Assembly (NCBI GenBank): GCA_951406725.2 | Contig: OX597832.1 | Location: forward strand, 36,952,001 to 37,016,000 | Length of the DNA stretch: 64,000 bases | Reading direction: 5' to 3' | Origin: Octopus vulgaris | Taxonomy: Eukaryota | In this document: piece after piece, positions 38,024-50,979 of the stretch | How positions within the stretch are numbered: the stretch's first letter is position 1 | Layout: every line of letters starts with the position of its first letter | Made by a program: the position numbers and the translations under genes | The notes under the pieces: model-generated | The model's input: the letters and a program-made list of their open reading frames with translations, nothing else | Told to the model about the DNA's origin: nothing | Databases searched by the model: none

Positions 38024-38196
38024 ATACTACCCGACAACGGAGAGAGAACGAAGTTGATGCCCGTGACTACCATTTTGTTGCATCTCGAGAGCAAATGGAG
38101 CGAGACATTCAAAACCATCTTTTCATTGAAGCTGGCCAGTACAATGACAATCTTTACGGAACTAGTGTTGCGTCAGTGAAGGAAGTTGCAGAAAAG
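38024..38196 (+). CDS. dlg1: dlg1 GK domain exon (173 nt)
   Basis: ttacag / AAG|gtaggc. Encodes (H)[57 protein letters not shown]. Confidence 0.98.
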
Positions 38197-38692
38197 GTAG
38201 GCGCCCACTCTCCACATTTATTTACACTTTTCCTTCTATGATGCGTATTTCTGCTCAACCCTATTCTTCCCAACTGGATGTTTGCCGATATACCCCAGTT
38301 ACCATATTTTATTATAAGATGGGTATGATTAAAATGTTGTGCCTATGTTTTTAAATTTAATAAGACCATGCTTAATCTTATGAAAATAGTCACTGTATAG
38401 ACTCCTTCAAAGGTTTAGATCCATGAGTCAGATGACCAAAATATCTCCAGTCATTGTTGAACAGTGGACAGACCTTAGGACTACACATAACAAAAAGACT
38501 TGAGCTCTGTTGACTAAAAATCATAAACGTCTGATGTTTAGATTGGAGACACTACCTGTCTTTAATACTTGGGAAGATGGTTGAACAACTTGAAATTTAA
38601 GTATTAGTTACCTACACATACACAAACACATCTTCAGCTTGATTAAAATGAAACTATGTTTAATCTTCTGTTTTAAAATGTTCTTTGTTCAG

Positions 38693-38802
38693 GGCAAACA
38701 CTGCATTTTGGACGTCAGTGGTAACGCAATCAAGCGGCTACAAGTAGCAGGATTATATCCAATCGCAGTTTTCATCAAACCCAAATCCGTGGAATCTATA
38801 AT
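38693..38802 (+). CDS. dlg1: dlg1 GK domain exon (110 nt)
   Basis: gttcag / AT|gtaagt. Encodes [36 protein letters not shown](M). Confidence 0.98.
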
Positions 38803-39074
38803 GTAAGTTGAACTTCTTTTTTTTTTTCCTTTGAGAATTAGAAGTCCTTCTTTGTGCTAATCACTCAGCTGTGAAGTGGAAGTAAAGATGCAAAGTAAGG
38901 CACTTTGCCTGAGACGCTCAGTTCAATTCTTGCCACAGACAATACTACATCATCTAATCATGTTAATTAATAGAGCTTAATTGATAAGCTTATAATTGGT
39001 GTAATTTCTACCAAATGTCTAACAAATCAAGACTGGATCCAGTGAAAGATGTGAGGTTTCCCTTTTTTTTTTTT

Positions 39075-39430
39075 TTTGTCTTTTACTTGCATCAGTCATT
39101 AGATTGCTACTATGCTGGGTCACCACCCTGAAGATTTTTTAGTTGAATGAATCAACCCCAGTAATTTTTTTTTTTAAGCTTGGTACTTATTCCATCAGTC
39201 TCTTTTGTCAAACCAAGTTATGGGGACATAAACACCATTTGTTAAGCTGTGGTGGAGGTCAAAGGCACACATACGATGGCCTTCTTTCAGTTTCTGTCTA
39301 ACAAATCCACTCACAAAGCTTTGGTCAGCCCAAGACTATAATTGGAGACACATGCCCAAGGTGCCATGCAGTGGAACTGAGCCCGAAATGATGTGGTTGG
39401 GAAGCTAACTTCTTACCACACAGCCATACC
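39075..39430 (-). mobile_element. SINE family B (full length) in GK intron
   Basis: Same organisation as the other B copies. Confidence 0.85.
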
Positions 39431-39820
39431 CAAGTTATTTTAATATTACTTTTACAAAATAGGTTGGATGTGAGAGCTTCACTTCACAACCAAAGGAAGT
39501 TTGTTTTTTTCCATAGTCAGTAGGTATGGCAACACCCATGACCTGTTTCAGGGCCTTCAAGACTGCAGGGAGGGAGAATGGTCTCCTCAAACTGGAAATC
39601 CAGCCTGAATACTTGCAACAGAGTGGACTCTGCTAAAGTCACCTCAGGTACCCAGGCAGTTGTGTTAAACTGGATATAAACAGTTGAGTCTGTTTCGTTG
39701 GATGTCATCATGTCCTTAGTTATCTCTACATGAATTTACTTCCTCTTCCCTATATGTAACCATCTACATGACGCTAGTCCCCCAGTTGTAGTCAACAGAT
39801 GCTGTCTATTTTCATTGCAG

Positions 39821-39912
39821 GGAGATGAATAAAAGGATCACAGAGGACCAGGCTAGAAAAACTCATGAAAGAGCAATGAAACTTGAACAAGAATTTGGAG
39901 AGTATTTCACAT
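39821..39912 (+). CDS. dlg1: dlg1 penultimate coding exon (92 nt)
   Basis: ttgcag / T|gtaagt. Encodes (M)[30 protein letters not shown](S). Confidence 0.97.
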
Positions 39913-40225
39913 GTAAGTAGTCGTCGTCTCCTTATTTCACATGTAAGTAGTCGTCGTCTCCTTATTTCACATGTAAGTAGTCGTCGTCTCCTTATTTCAC
40001 ATGTAAGTAGTCGTCTCTCCTTATTTCACATGTAAGTAGTCGTCGTCTCCTTATTTCACATGTAAGTGTCGTCGTCTCCTTATTTCACATGTAAGTATTG
40101 TCTCCTTATTTCCATGTAAGTAGTCGTCGTCTCCTTATTTCACATGTAAGTAGTCGTCGTCTCCTTATTTCACATGTAAGTAGTCGTCGTCTCCTTATTT
40201 CACATGTAAGTAGTCGTCGTCTCCT
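39903..40225 (+). repeat. 30-nt minisatellite, 11 copies, containing the exon 5' splice site
   Basis: Unit tatttcacatgtaagtagtcgtcgtctcct. Copies start at 39903, 39933, 39963, 39993, 40022, 40052, 40081, 40107, 40136, 40166, 40196. Confidence 0.99.
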
Positions 40226-41173
40226 ACGTTGTTTAACTGTTGCTGCCTCGACTTCCCGACTGGTTTGCCACATTATTTCACTGTAAGGTTCTCTTTCCCA
40301 GGAAAATCAAGAATCACTACCACGAATGGTAGGCCAAAATGACCAGGGCTCTCAGTGGTCTGGAAAACCAAGTAAACTTGGGATTGTCAGGGCATTTTTT
40401 TTCCTAGAGCTATAATTTATTTGCAATTAGTTGTCTTCTTAAACGAATTTATAAATTCTGCATTTCGTTCCATATCTACAATGGACTTGCCATTTCTGAA
40501 CTTCTGATCATTTCCATATCATGACATTCTGTGTGGTAACATTAGTATAGACATGGTTCAGCTGCTTCCCTACCAGTGCAGAAGGGCAGTTTTTACTTAG
40601 ATGTGGTCAGTGAAGTGTGTGTTTGTTTTTACACCACCTCAGATTTATGACCAAATTTTGGGAAGGAAGGGTTTTTTCCTATCATTCTTGTTAAATAACT
40701 TAGAACAGAAGGGAGAGTGGTCGTCACATTTTCAGGCTTTTCTTTCAGGTTGATGAAATTGATGTAGCTTGATTCACTACCTGGACCTCTAAAAGTGGAT
40801 GGCATTGAAGATCTGGCCCTGATATTTGCATCAATGAGCTCTGCTGAAGCTACCCAAAAACCACATTGTAGAGTGAAACTGGACAGCCTATTAAGTCCAC
40901 CATCCAAGAATCTATTGTCTTATATACAGCATTAGACTATCCTTGTGATCCAACATTGAGCTATACCCTCTTTCTTCTCCCATTCGATCACTGTGTCTAG
41001 CTACAAAACTGTCATCACACCTACCTTATTGTTCGTATTTTCCCCCAGTGTCTTATCCCTGGAGAGTTTCATTCTTCAGGGACTCTGTTCGGATCAATTC
41101 CTGCTAACCTTAGCTCCGTCTCTCCACTGTTTGCTGTCACTTTATGTCAACTTCTCTCTCCCTTCTCTTTCAG

Positions 41174-41280
41174 CTGTCGTACAAGGGGACACGGCTGATG
41201 AAATCTATGCAAAGGTCAAAGAAGTGATCCGTGACCAGTCAGGACCAACAATATGGGTGCCAGCCAAGGAAAAACTCTGA
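41174..41280 (+). CDS. dlg1: dlg1 terminal coding exon
   Basis: Pyrimidine tract + ttcag. Encodes (S)[34 protein letters not shown], the conserved DLG C-terminus. Confidence 0.98.
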
Positions 41281-41363
41281 AATTCATCTTTTATGATTAT
41301 CTAAATTGGAAAAGATTGAAAACAACATGCAAAGCAAAGCAAAATTTTCAATAACAATATACA

Positions 41364-41441
<78 letters not shown>

Positions 41442-41618
41442 CACATATATATATAATAAAGGGGAAATATATAATTAAAAAAAGGGAAATTAAACTTACC
41501 TGTACCTGGTACAAAGTTTTAAAAATGAAAGAATTTAAAATTACAATTTGAGTGTGGCATGTTTGATAAAAATAATACCCACCAGATCTACAAATCTCTC
41601 TATCTATTTCTCTATCAC

Positions 41619-41649
<31 letters not shown>

Positions 41650-43490
41650 AAATATATATATATATATATAATACTCTTGCACATACATACCCACATGTAC
41701 GTACTATGTATATACATGTGTGTGTGCATGTGAATATTTGATAATCTAGCCTATGTACTTGTGGGTGGGGCTATCATGTCTGTAGGAAAATTAAAAAAAA
41801 ACACCTTTATCTCAACTTAAAATGTCCAGTTCAGCTACTTTTTACTGCAACCCCCAGTACTTGAATGGAAGGTGGGGGTCGTCACAGGCAATTGTTAGTG
41901 TGGGCGGGGGTCGAAGGGCCAGCAGTTTAGAGTCAGAATCGGAAGCGCCTTGTTGTAGCTGTTTCCTCTTTTCTCCTACCCTCTTCTTGCATCTGCTTAA
42001 TAATTAAGACAACCTTCATGATGATGAGGAGGAGGAGGAGGAGGGGAGGAGGACAAGGAAATTTGATAAAAAAAAAGCCAAATTTAATCATTACACTGTC
42101 ACTACCCCACCCCCCTCCTCAACATCATCTCAAAACACCTAATGACAATAAACAATCAGAAAGGGTCTGCTGCACTAATACGCTACATGTTTGGGGGTCA
42201 TAAATGCTACACCTCTAACTTCAACACTACCAACTCTCTTCTTTTTTTTTAATTAAAAAAAAAAAACTATTATCCCCCCACCCCTGTGTTTCTCAGCACC
42301 ACCCCCCACTCCCCACTTTGATGTAGATTCTCACAACACACACACACACACACAACCGCTTAGTGTTGACTGTCAGGAGAAAAAGTACTTGATACCATAG
42401 TAAGAGATTAATATTTTATTTTATCCGTGACACTCTCTTGCTGCCCTGAGTTTCATGTTTGGGTACACGGTGGGGGGGGGGTCATCAGGCAAGTTACAAC
42501 TCAAAAACACTTACTTGAAGACCTTGTGTACCCACGAGTAGCAAGAGACTCACCAAAATAAATAAGTGAGTGTGTATATGTATGTATGTATGTATTCACA
42601 CACCTTTCCTTTTCTGCTCCTCCTCCTATCCCCACCCCCTAATCATTTCACACCTAATTTGCCAAGATTTTTTTTTTTTTTTCCTTTCATTCGGCTTTCT
42701 TTAGTGTTTTCGTATTCTAAGTGTGCCACCACCCCTACCGCATCTCTCTCTTTCTCTCTCTCAACCACCACTGCCACCTTTCTTTCTCCACCCTGCCCTC
42801 AAGTGCACATTTCTAGTTTGTGATGTCCCAGTGTGCCACCAGCACCACTGGGATGTCCAGTTCTACCACCAGAGTGGGTGGGAAGTGTTGCTCTTAGAGA
42901 GAGTGAGAGAAATAGGGAGGAGTGCTACTTCTCATTTTTTCACTTCATCATCATCATCATCATCATCATTGTGTCTCATCATTTGTTCACCATTTCTCTC
43001 TCTCTCCCTCTCTTCGCCCTCCTCCTCTCTTATGTTGACACCTCTCATACTTTTTCTTCTCTTGTTAATTTACTGCTGAGATCTGTGGTGGCTGGCTGCT
43101 AGCTGACCCCCCCGAAATAATCCCCACCATCATTGTTCCCTTCAATCAGAGTTGAGAGGTTCAATCTCCATGGTTGATATCCATGGGGTTCATTGCCTTT
43201 ACTCGATATTTCTGTGAATGAGGAAGAAGAAAACCCGTTTACTGTAGCATCCATTGTGAGGGAGGGGCGGGGATGTTTTTGTTTATTATTATTTGTTTAA
43301 GGATATAGAACTTTTTTTATTTCTTGGGGTAATTTTTTTTTTGTCATCTGAATATAGAATGTTTTTTTTTAACCTTTTATTTTATTATTTTTATTTTGCA
43401 TATATTTGTAAAGAATATTGTTTATTAATTATTTCTTAAAATTATTTCGTAAACCTTATCTTTGAAATAAAAAATTAAAAGAATTTACTT
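41281..43490 (+). other. dlg1: Probable dlg1 3' UTR
   Basis: SINE-free, U-rich and microsatellite-rich stretch after the stop. It ends at AATAAA 43466-43471, just before SINEs resume. Earlier AATAAA at 41455 and 42147. Confidence 0.55.
43466..43471 (+). terminator. Candidate polyadenylation signal
   Basis: AATAAA preceded by long U/AU-rich tracts and followed by T-rich sequence. Confidence 0.5.
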
Positions 43491-43569
43491 TAAAAATTTG
43501 TATTCTTTTACTTCATGTCTACTTTCTGCCAATTTAGAGGGGTGGGGCATTTGGAGCTTTGTTTTGTTT

Positions 43570-44130
43570 GGAAGGTGGGCAATTGGCAGAATCGTTAAGG
43601 CATTGCAGAAAATGCCTTGCAGTTTTCCAGCTTGTTTCTGTCAAAAGACTGTGGCCATGCTGGGGCACTGCCTTGAAGAATTTTTAGCTGAATGAATCAA
43701 CCCTAGTACTTTTTTTTTTATTTTATTATATACCTGGTACTTATTCTATCAGTTCTTTGGCTGAACTGCTAAGCTACAGGGATATAAATAAACCAACACT
43801 GGTTATCAAGTGGTGATTGGGAGCAAACACAAACATACACACACGTATATACGACAGGCTTCTTTCAGTTTCTGTCTACCAAATCCACCCACAAGGCTTT
43901 TGTCAGCCTGAGATTGTAGTAGAAGACATTTGCCCAAGGTGTTATGTAGTGGGACTGAACCTGAGACCAGGCCATGCTGTTTATGCTCTGAGTTCAAATC
44001 CCACCAAGTCAGCCTGGCCTTTCGTTCTTTCAGGGTCAATAAGATAAGTACCAGTCAAGTGTTAGTCAACAGTATTAACTAATCCCTTTGCCCAAATTTC
44101 AAACCTTCAGCCTATGTTAAAAACAATTAT
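43570..44130. mobile_element. SINE B (-, ~43630-43970) nested inside SINE A (+)
   Basis: SINE A head (ggcagaatcgtta) at ~43585 resumes (ctgagttcaaatccc) at ~43985 after a reverse-oriented B copy. Confidence 0.75.
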
Positions 44131-44141
44131 CTTCGATAGTT

Positions 44142-44424
44142 TAGTGGTTCTCAACTGGGATCCCTATAAGATTTGGGGTAGGGTCGTCCATGCTTGCAAA
44201 ATAGTAAACTTGAGATCCACAGTTATTTTAAAGGTCCAGGAAAAGTTTTAGTTTAATTGTAGGTACTGCAAGAAACAGGTTTCTTTCTCTGACTATTTTA
44301 CATAGTTCAACCTATACAAGTGAATGAGTGAATAGCAAAATAGGAATTTTAAAAGAAGTATCAATAAAATTAGTTCTTAAACTGAATTGCTATGGTCCAA
44401 GTAAAAAATGGTTAAGAACCACTA
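44142..44424. mobile_element. hAT-type MITE
   Basis: tagtggttctcaac ... gttaagaaccacta TIRs. Confidence 0.75.
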
Positions 44425-45863
44425 GTTTACATGAAAAAAATCTCAACTAATTCTCTAGAACTATCATATTTTTGACTTCTGACATTGATAAAAATGTTTG
44501 TAAACAGAATTTCAAATTAAGGAGCGGATGGTTAGTTCTTTAAGTAATTTCTGGACTGGAATCTGTTCCATTGCATTTATTTCTTTATGGTAAGGACTGT
44601 TTGTATCATTAGATAAGGAGGAGAGATTAGGATTCCTGGTTTGGGGGTTAACCTAGGATAGAGCAGCGGAGACAAAAGTATTGAATCAATGTATCCAGTT
44701 AAAGTTGTATGATGGAGTAAACCTATGGATACAGCAGTGTTTATTGATGCAATGATGTACCCTGGTGAAGTTTCATGACAGGGTAGATAGAACACCTGGG
44801 GAAAATGAGACCGAGTAAGAGCAGTGAAAATAAATATAACCAATTGAATTTATGAGACAACAGATGTACCCAGGTGAAGTTATATGACAGGAAAGCCTAC
44901 CATTATCTTCATTCTTGTGAAGCAAACATTTGTCTCCCATCTACACATCACTGTTCTATTTTAGTTCTATGAAACAGCAAACAGTGAAAACCCATTTCTG
45001 CTTCTTAGTATTTTTCCATGAACTCAATGTGGGTGTGATATCTTTAGAATTATCTACTCTTCGTAGTGTTATCTGACATCATCATTTCATGCTGGGCGTT
45101 AACCCCCCACTCTGCTGAATACAGGAAGGCCTATAATGGTTTAAATTCCCAACATAACCATCAAATCCTTACTCTGATTGACTGTTTATTTCAGTGGGTT
45201 TTAACATAACTCCAGAGAAATGGTTTCTGCTTTTCTATCTAGAATTAATAATAGTGTTGAATTTATTTCTCAAGCAATACTTGGAACCAGGCCTTTTGGA
45301 TGGGGATTGTCTTGGGTTAATACTGAAGTGACTGGTTTGGTTATCAACCATTTAAATATAACATTATTTTGGAGTTGATCTAACCTTTCAACCTTCTGAA
45401 GTGAGTATAATTAAAACAAGTAATGTAGTGAGGGTCAATTAGATTGTCTATGCCCATGCTGTAGAAATCTGAGTTAGATGTTATGCCAATATTTAAAATG
45501 AATGCTTCTTACCTGTATTTGTCTCTGTTATAAATTTGTCATCTCACGCCTCATTCAACTGATTTTCTTAATTTTTCATGTTTTTATGGCATTCAAATTT
45601 CCAACAAAGTTATCTCTGTTAAAAGTAAGATTTTAAAAAATTTTGTAAAGAAAAAGGTTATCATAATAATTTATATCCAACTTGGTGAATTATATATGGA
45701 ATAACTCCAAACATTACAAATGTTGATATTTTAGATAATGCTGCCCTGACATGACTGGAACCTGTTAATGAGTAAAAACCCTGAGTCCCTAAAACTCTAT
45801 CTTGAAAATAAAAAATGTTTTAAAACTAGGAAAGGAAACAGAATAATTATTGATATCTGCAAT

Positions 45864-46084
45864 AATGAAGGTGGAGAGCTGTGAGAATCGTTGGCCCACC
45901 TGGCAAAGGGTTTAGCGTTTCACCCATCTTTATGTTTTAAGTTCAAATTCTGCTGAGGTCGACTTTGCCTTTCATCCTTTTGGGCTCAATAAATTAAGCA
46001 CCAGTTGAACACTGAGGTCAATGTAATTGACTTACCCCCCCCCCTCCTATGAAATTGCTGGCCTTGTGTCAAAATGTGAAACCA
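45864..46084 (+). mobile_element. SINE family A with 11-bp target-site duplication
   Basis: atatctgcaat at 45853-45863 and 46085-46095 flanks the copy. Confidence 0.9.
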
Positions 46085-47880
46085 ATATCTGCAATGTCTT
46101 AAGGGCTGGGTGGCTGTAGTCTATTTTCTTTACCTCAGAACGTAACTGATACCCTCAAGGACGTGAATTGATTAAACTGGCGTGTGTATTACATTCAGTC
46201 AAGCGTTCCACTGCGTTTGCCACAACAGTTCTGCCTTGAGCTGGGAGACCCATTAGAGTGTCAGGCGGAAAAAGGCTTTGCAGTATTTCTTCTGACTCAT
46301 TACATTCTGAGTTCAAATTAGGGTGAGGTTCGCAAAATATTGTACCAGTCAAGTACTGGAGTGAATACTATTGACTAACCCCTACCTTCAAATTACTGAC
46401 CTTGTACCAAAATTTGAGAGAAATGTTCTAATGTTTCTATATATATATATATATCTATCCCGCCTCTACTGCTGACTCCAAATTACTGTACACTGCTATT
46501 TTCTACAACTATGATTGTCTGCCCTTTGCATGGATGAGCCTTCATCCTGAATAAGATCTTCCCATATCTTTCTCTTTCTTTACAAGTGAGGTGAGGGACA
46601 GAGAAGACCGGAATGTTCTATTCACCCCCACCTCAACGCCACCTGTTTGCTCATTGCTTCATCAATTCTAGGGAGAAATGAGAAGGAAGTTATCTTTTCC
46701 CAAACATGCCACCATGTTTTCCCTCCCCCCCATGTAGAAGCTGTTGAAAATAACTCTGCTATTGCCAAGGTCCAGCTGAGTTGACTGAGTAAACAAACGG
46801 TCAAACTGCTTTTTTTACACTTTTGACTCCTGGCCCTTTCGTTGATCATTCTCCCAATACTGGTCTTCTGTCCATCTGAGGCACAACAATTGATTCTCAA
46901 ATGTTAACCAGTAATAAACTGGTGTCCTACCCAGGATGAAGATTTCTCTTTCAACAACTTCCCACTCTGAAGTACCAAGCTAAGACAGCATATATTTATG
47001 TCCCCTGCTCATTATACTGTCATTTCTACAACCACCACCATCAGTTCTCTCATAACTTACTCGGTTTAATATCCATGTATACTGGTTGATTTGTTTTATA
47101 AGCATTCCTCCCCCCCCCCCCATGGAACAGCGCTCCCACTAGAACCTTTAATATTTCTTTTCATATACCATGGCTGGTGGTTGTCTTCATGTTTTGTCTC
47201 AGTGTTTCCTCATAAATCCAAATAAATTTGGAGAAATATTCAATGAACCTTTCTTTTTGTGTTGTTATATTTTTGTTACATGTTCATTTTAATCATAATT
47301 TAAATTGTGTTTTTTTTTTCGTTCTTATATATAAATATTTCTTTCAACTTGCGTGAGGGATCAGTGGTTTGTTTGTATAGGATCCATAATTTTAGTATAC
47401 CACACAACAGACATTGAGTTCTTCAACAAGGTACTCCACTGTACTTTGACAAGAGATATACATACATTCAGTCAAGACAAATTATGAAACATGGAACTGA
47501 AGCTTTTACCCTTCTGTTACAATGGAACTGCAGGTCCATGTTGTTTCATAACGAAGGGCCATACCAGCCATGATCACTTTATTCTTCTTTTTAGATACGA
47601 TGCATCTAAAAGGACAGGTTCTTTCATGTCCTTCCAGTGGTGGTTTAACTGGTACCTGTTGTCAACAGTATCACCAACACTGGTGGAAGCACTAGGATGC
47701 GATAAGCCACTTGAGACAGTTGGGATCCCTTATTTGTGTCTTCTTCAGATCCTAAGCGGGTGAGAAAATACCCTGTGATTTCTTTTTTTTTTTTTTTACC
47801 CAACTAAGTATAACTGCAATTAAAAGAAGGCCATGGCAGAGAATCAAAACAGCCAATATTCAATGGCCTGAAGTGTCTTG

Positions 47881-48114
47881 TTTGACCCTTCAGTCTTCAG
47901 ATTACTTGGTCAGATGTTAGGTTTTATATATTCATCTTGCTTTAAATTAATCAAGTGTTATCACATAGCTTTTGAGATTTTGATGATGTACTAGTTTATA
48001 TTTAGAATGATATTGTTGGGTAGGCATGAGAGGCTGGATCAAGCCAGTTTGAACACAAAACTGGGAGAATATATTTGGGCCCCGAAATGGCCAGTTTGAA
48101 TGCTAAAGGGTTAA
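47881..48114. mobile_element. piggyBac-type MITE
   Basis: Ends aatgctaaaggg-TTAA. Internal homology to the 5697 copy. Confidence 0.75.
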
Positions 48115-49364
48115 TAGTTATATGGTGCATCGATATTTTACCAAAATGGAAAGAAGGTATGTAAAAATAAACACGGAAAGGGACAAGTGATCATGGTGGT
48201 TGTTTATGTTAGTAAATATTTGCTTTTATAAAAATTTAATAATCTACTTAAAACAAAAGTACTTGAACAATAACTGGGGGTAGAAAGAGCAGCAAAAATA
48301 AACTCTACAAAATATTAAGAAAGCAACAAACAAAAATTCAATAGATGATGTGTGACATTGGCATTAAATAGACATATGTGTGTTTCTATTGAAACATATA
48401 AGAATTAGGGGTAACCACTGGAACCTAACTACTTTCTGCCCCTGATGAACTAACTGCCTTAACACACTTTGTTTTATCTTAAAAAGAAAACCAGTGGAGG
48501 CTTAACACTTCCATCTGCATTGAAGAATATTTACCCAATGGGTAAATCTTTTCACACACACACACACCTACCCCCCCCCCTACAATATAAACTATATTAA
48601 TCAATAAATAATTCTGCTTTGTTTTAATTATTTCACTGCCAAGATGATATATGGTCTATGTTATGATTTAATTAGAAACGAAGCCTGGAAAATCTAGGAA
48701 GGGAGAAACTGGAAGTTGTATCATTCATGCCTTTCCTAAAGTGTTAGTGACATAAGCATCACCAGTCTACTAGGTCAACTGGAGATTTACATCCCCAAAA
48801 AGTCATCAGAGTTGATTGCTTACTTTGGTACATTTCCAGATATCTAAAAGCTGCTGAGAGGAATATGAATTTGCTACATTCATGCTTTTCTCAGGAGTAC
48901 AAGAGGTATATATAAGGGGACAAAAAAGGTGATCTAAATGGGAATTAAAACCAATGTATGGTCTTAGATCAATTAAATTTTGCCTCTACTTTAGTGTGTT
49001 CACTGTAATGTTGCTATGGAAACCTATCTAATCCATGGAAACTGGATACAAAATTACTGTTGTTGTCAATGTTGATGAATTCAAAATTTTGATCCTAAAG
49101 AAGTATATTGTCCAAACCTTCATCTTCAGAGAATACTTTCACAAGTTATGGCTGGTAATGGGTTGATATGGGTCAACCTTACATACTTCCAGGCCTCTCC
49201 ACTGGGGTGCGTATTGTCAGACCTATCTTACTTTACCTGATAAACAGTTCTATGGTTGAAGAATTTGTCATAAAAAGAAAACATCCCTAATTGTTTCTTG
49301 AAAGACATTTTGCCCAAAGAATTACACAACTTATTCCAGTGAAAACACTGTAAATACACACACA

Positions 49365-49367
<3 letters not shown>

Positions 49368-49415
<48 letters not shown>
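49368..49415. repeat. (TA)n microsatellite
   Basis: Direct reading. Similar (TA)n runs near 860-900, 41367-41460, 52470-52527 and 54085-54120. Confidence 0.97.
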
Positions 49416-49420
<5 letters not shown>

Positions 49421-50979
49421 CCTTCCTCTTATTGTTTTCTAAAATACCAATTCCAGGGTTTGAATTACTTGAGAATTATTCCAAAACCAAACTAATAGTG
49501 ATTACAAATTAAATTAACAGAATCTCCCAGAGGAATGTCTGCAGCTGGAACATTTTCCTTCTGTTGGAGAGGTTTCGAAAGGTTTCTTATGATAACATTC
49601 TCCAGTGTCAAATCTGCTGAATTATCATGGTGTCTCTGGAGAAGACTTACAAGAATGGTTTCTTGTTGCCTTCTCCAGGCAGTGTTTAATAATGACATAA
49701 GGGTTATCACAATGTCTATACTTTGTTCAGCTGCATGAAAAGTTATTTGCCCAGTGAAAACAACCCATGTTGACATTGTGACACTTGACTATATTACCGT
49801 TGTTTAAATCTTGCGAGATTCCAGTAAATCTTGGCAGGATTTGAACCTAGTAATAAAAGTTCTAGAATAAAAACTCACAACAATATTTACCTCTTCATTG
49901 TACCTATCTACACCTACACATATTGAGCCAGTGAGAGTTAAGTGTTTTAACATGTGGCATCAACCTTTTTGTTTTATAATACTAATCTCTTATCGTCTTC
50001 CCCTTGTCATCCTATTATTATGGATCTCCGAGCAAGCGGGGTTTCAGTTCAGTGGCATGAGGATTTTAATTCCTAGCTGAAATGATTTCACTTGAGTCCC
50101 TCATCATACAATTCCATGCCATCCTAAAAATCTGTGGAATTAGGTTAAGTAATAAATTGTCAGCAACAATTACTCACTGTGTCTTGTGTGTGCTGCACTG
50201 GGCCCAGTGGAACTGCATTTGCTTTGTTATCCACCACTTTGAAACATATCAACAAGAATTCTTCATTCCATTTGAGATTCAGGCTGGAAAATAACAAATT
50301 ATTATTATTATTATTTAGGCTGCAATTATTATTATTTAGTTCAGACAATTTCATTTTCAATGACAAAATAATGGAAACATGACTGGAATAACTTCTGGTA
50401 CCAATTCCAACCAAATTTCCAAGTTAAACATTGGAAATTACGGGAGAAGGACGGCAGAGTTTCAGATAGAGAAAGCTAAAGGGTGTGTTCAGTTATGTCC
50501 CTTTTTCGTTTTTGATACAGATCCAGTAAAGGTCAATTTTGCCTTTCATCTTACTACATTCAGCCACTTGAAATACACAGGTCAATTTAATTGGCACCTT
50601 GGGCAAGTGTGTTCTAAGATAGCCTTGGCCCAACCAATGTTGCAAGTGAAATTGGTGGATGGATGGAAACTATACAGAAGCCCATCAAAGGTGTTAGTAG
50701 GGATGTTTATTTTCAGTTTTCTTTTGAAATCTCTTGAATAATGATGTCATGTTTATATCTTTGTAAACAATACGTCATGTGACTCTGGTTTCAAAATGTG
50801 AAGCCCATTGGAAAAAAAAATTCCTTACTTTAAAAGCAGATAAGAGTTAGCAACAGGAAGAGCATCCAGTTGTAGGAAGTCTTGTCCAGTTTGGAAAAAA
50901 GGTGACTTCAAAATGTTGATTGTTAAGATGTGAGAGTAGATACCAGAGAAATGCCTAACATTATTTAGTTATCACTTTA

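Noticed and set aside
39903-40225. 30-nt repeat array as a CRISPR array; ORF 40098-40286 ([10 protein letters not shown] repeats) as a protein
   Set aside because: Units are contiguous with no unique spacers, there are no cas genes and the context is a eukaryotic intron. The ORF is an out-of-frame by-product of the repeat.
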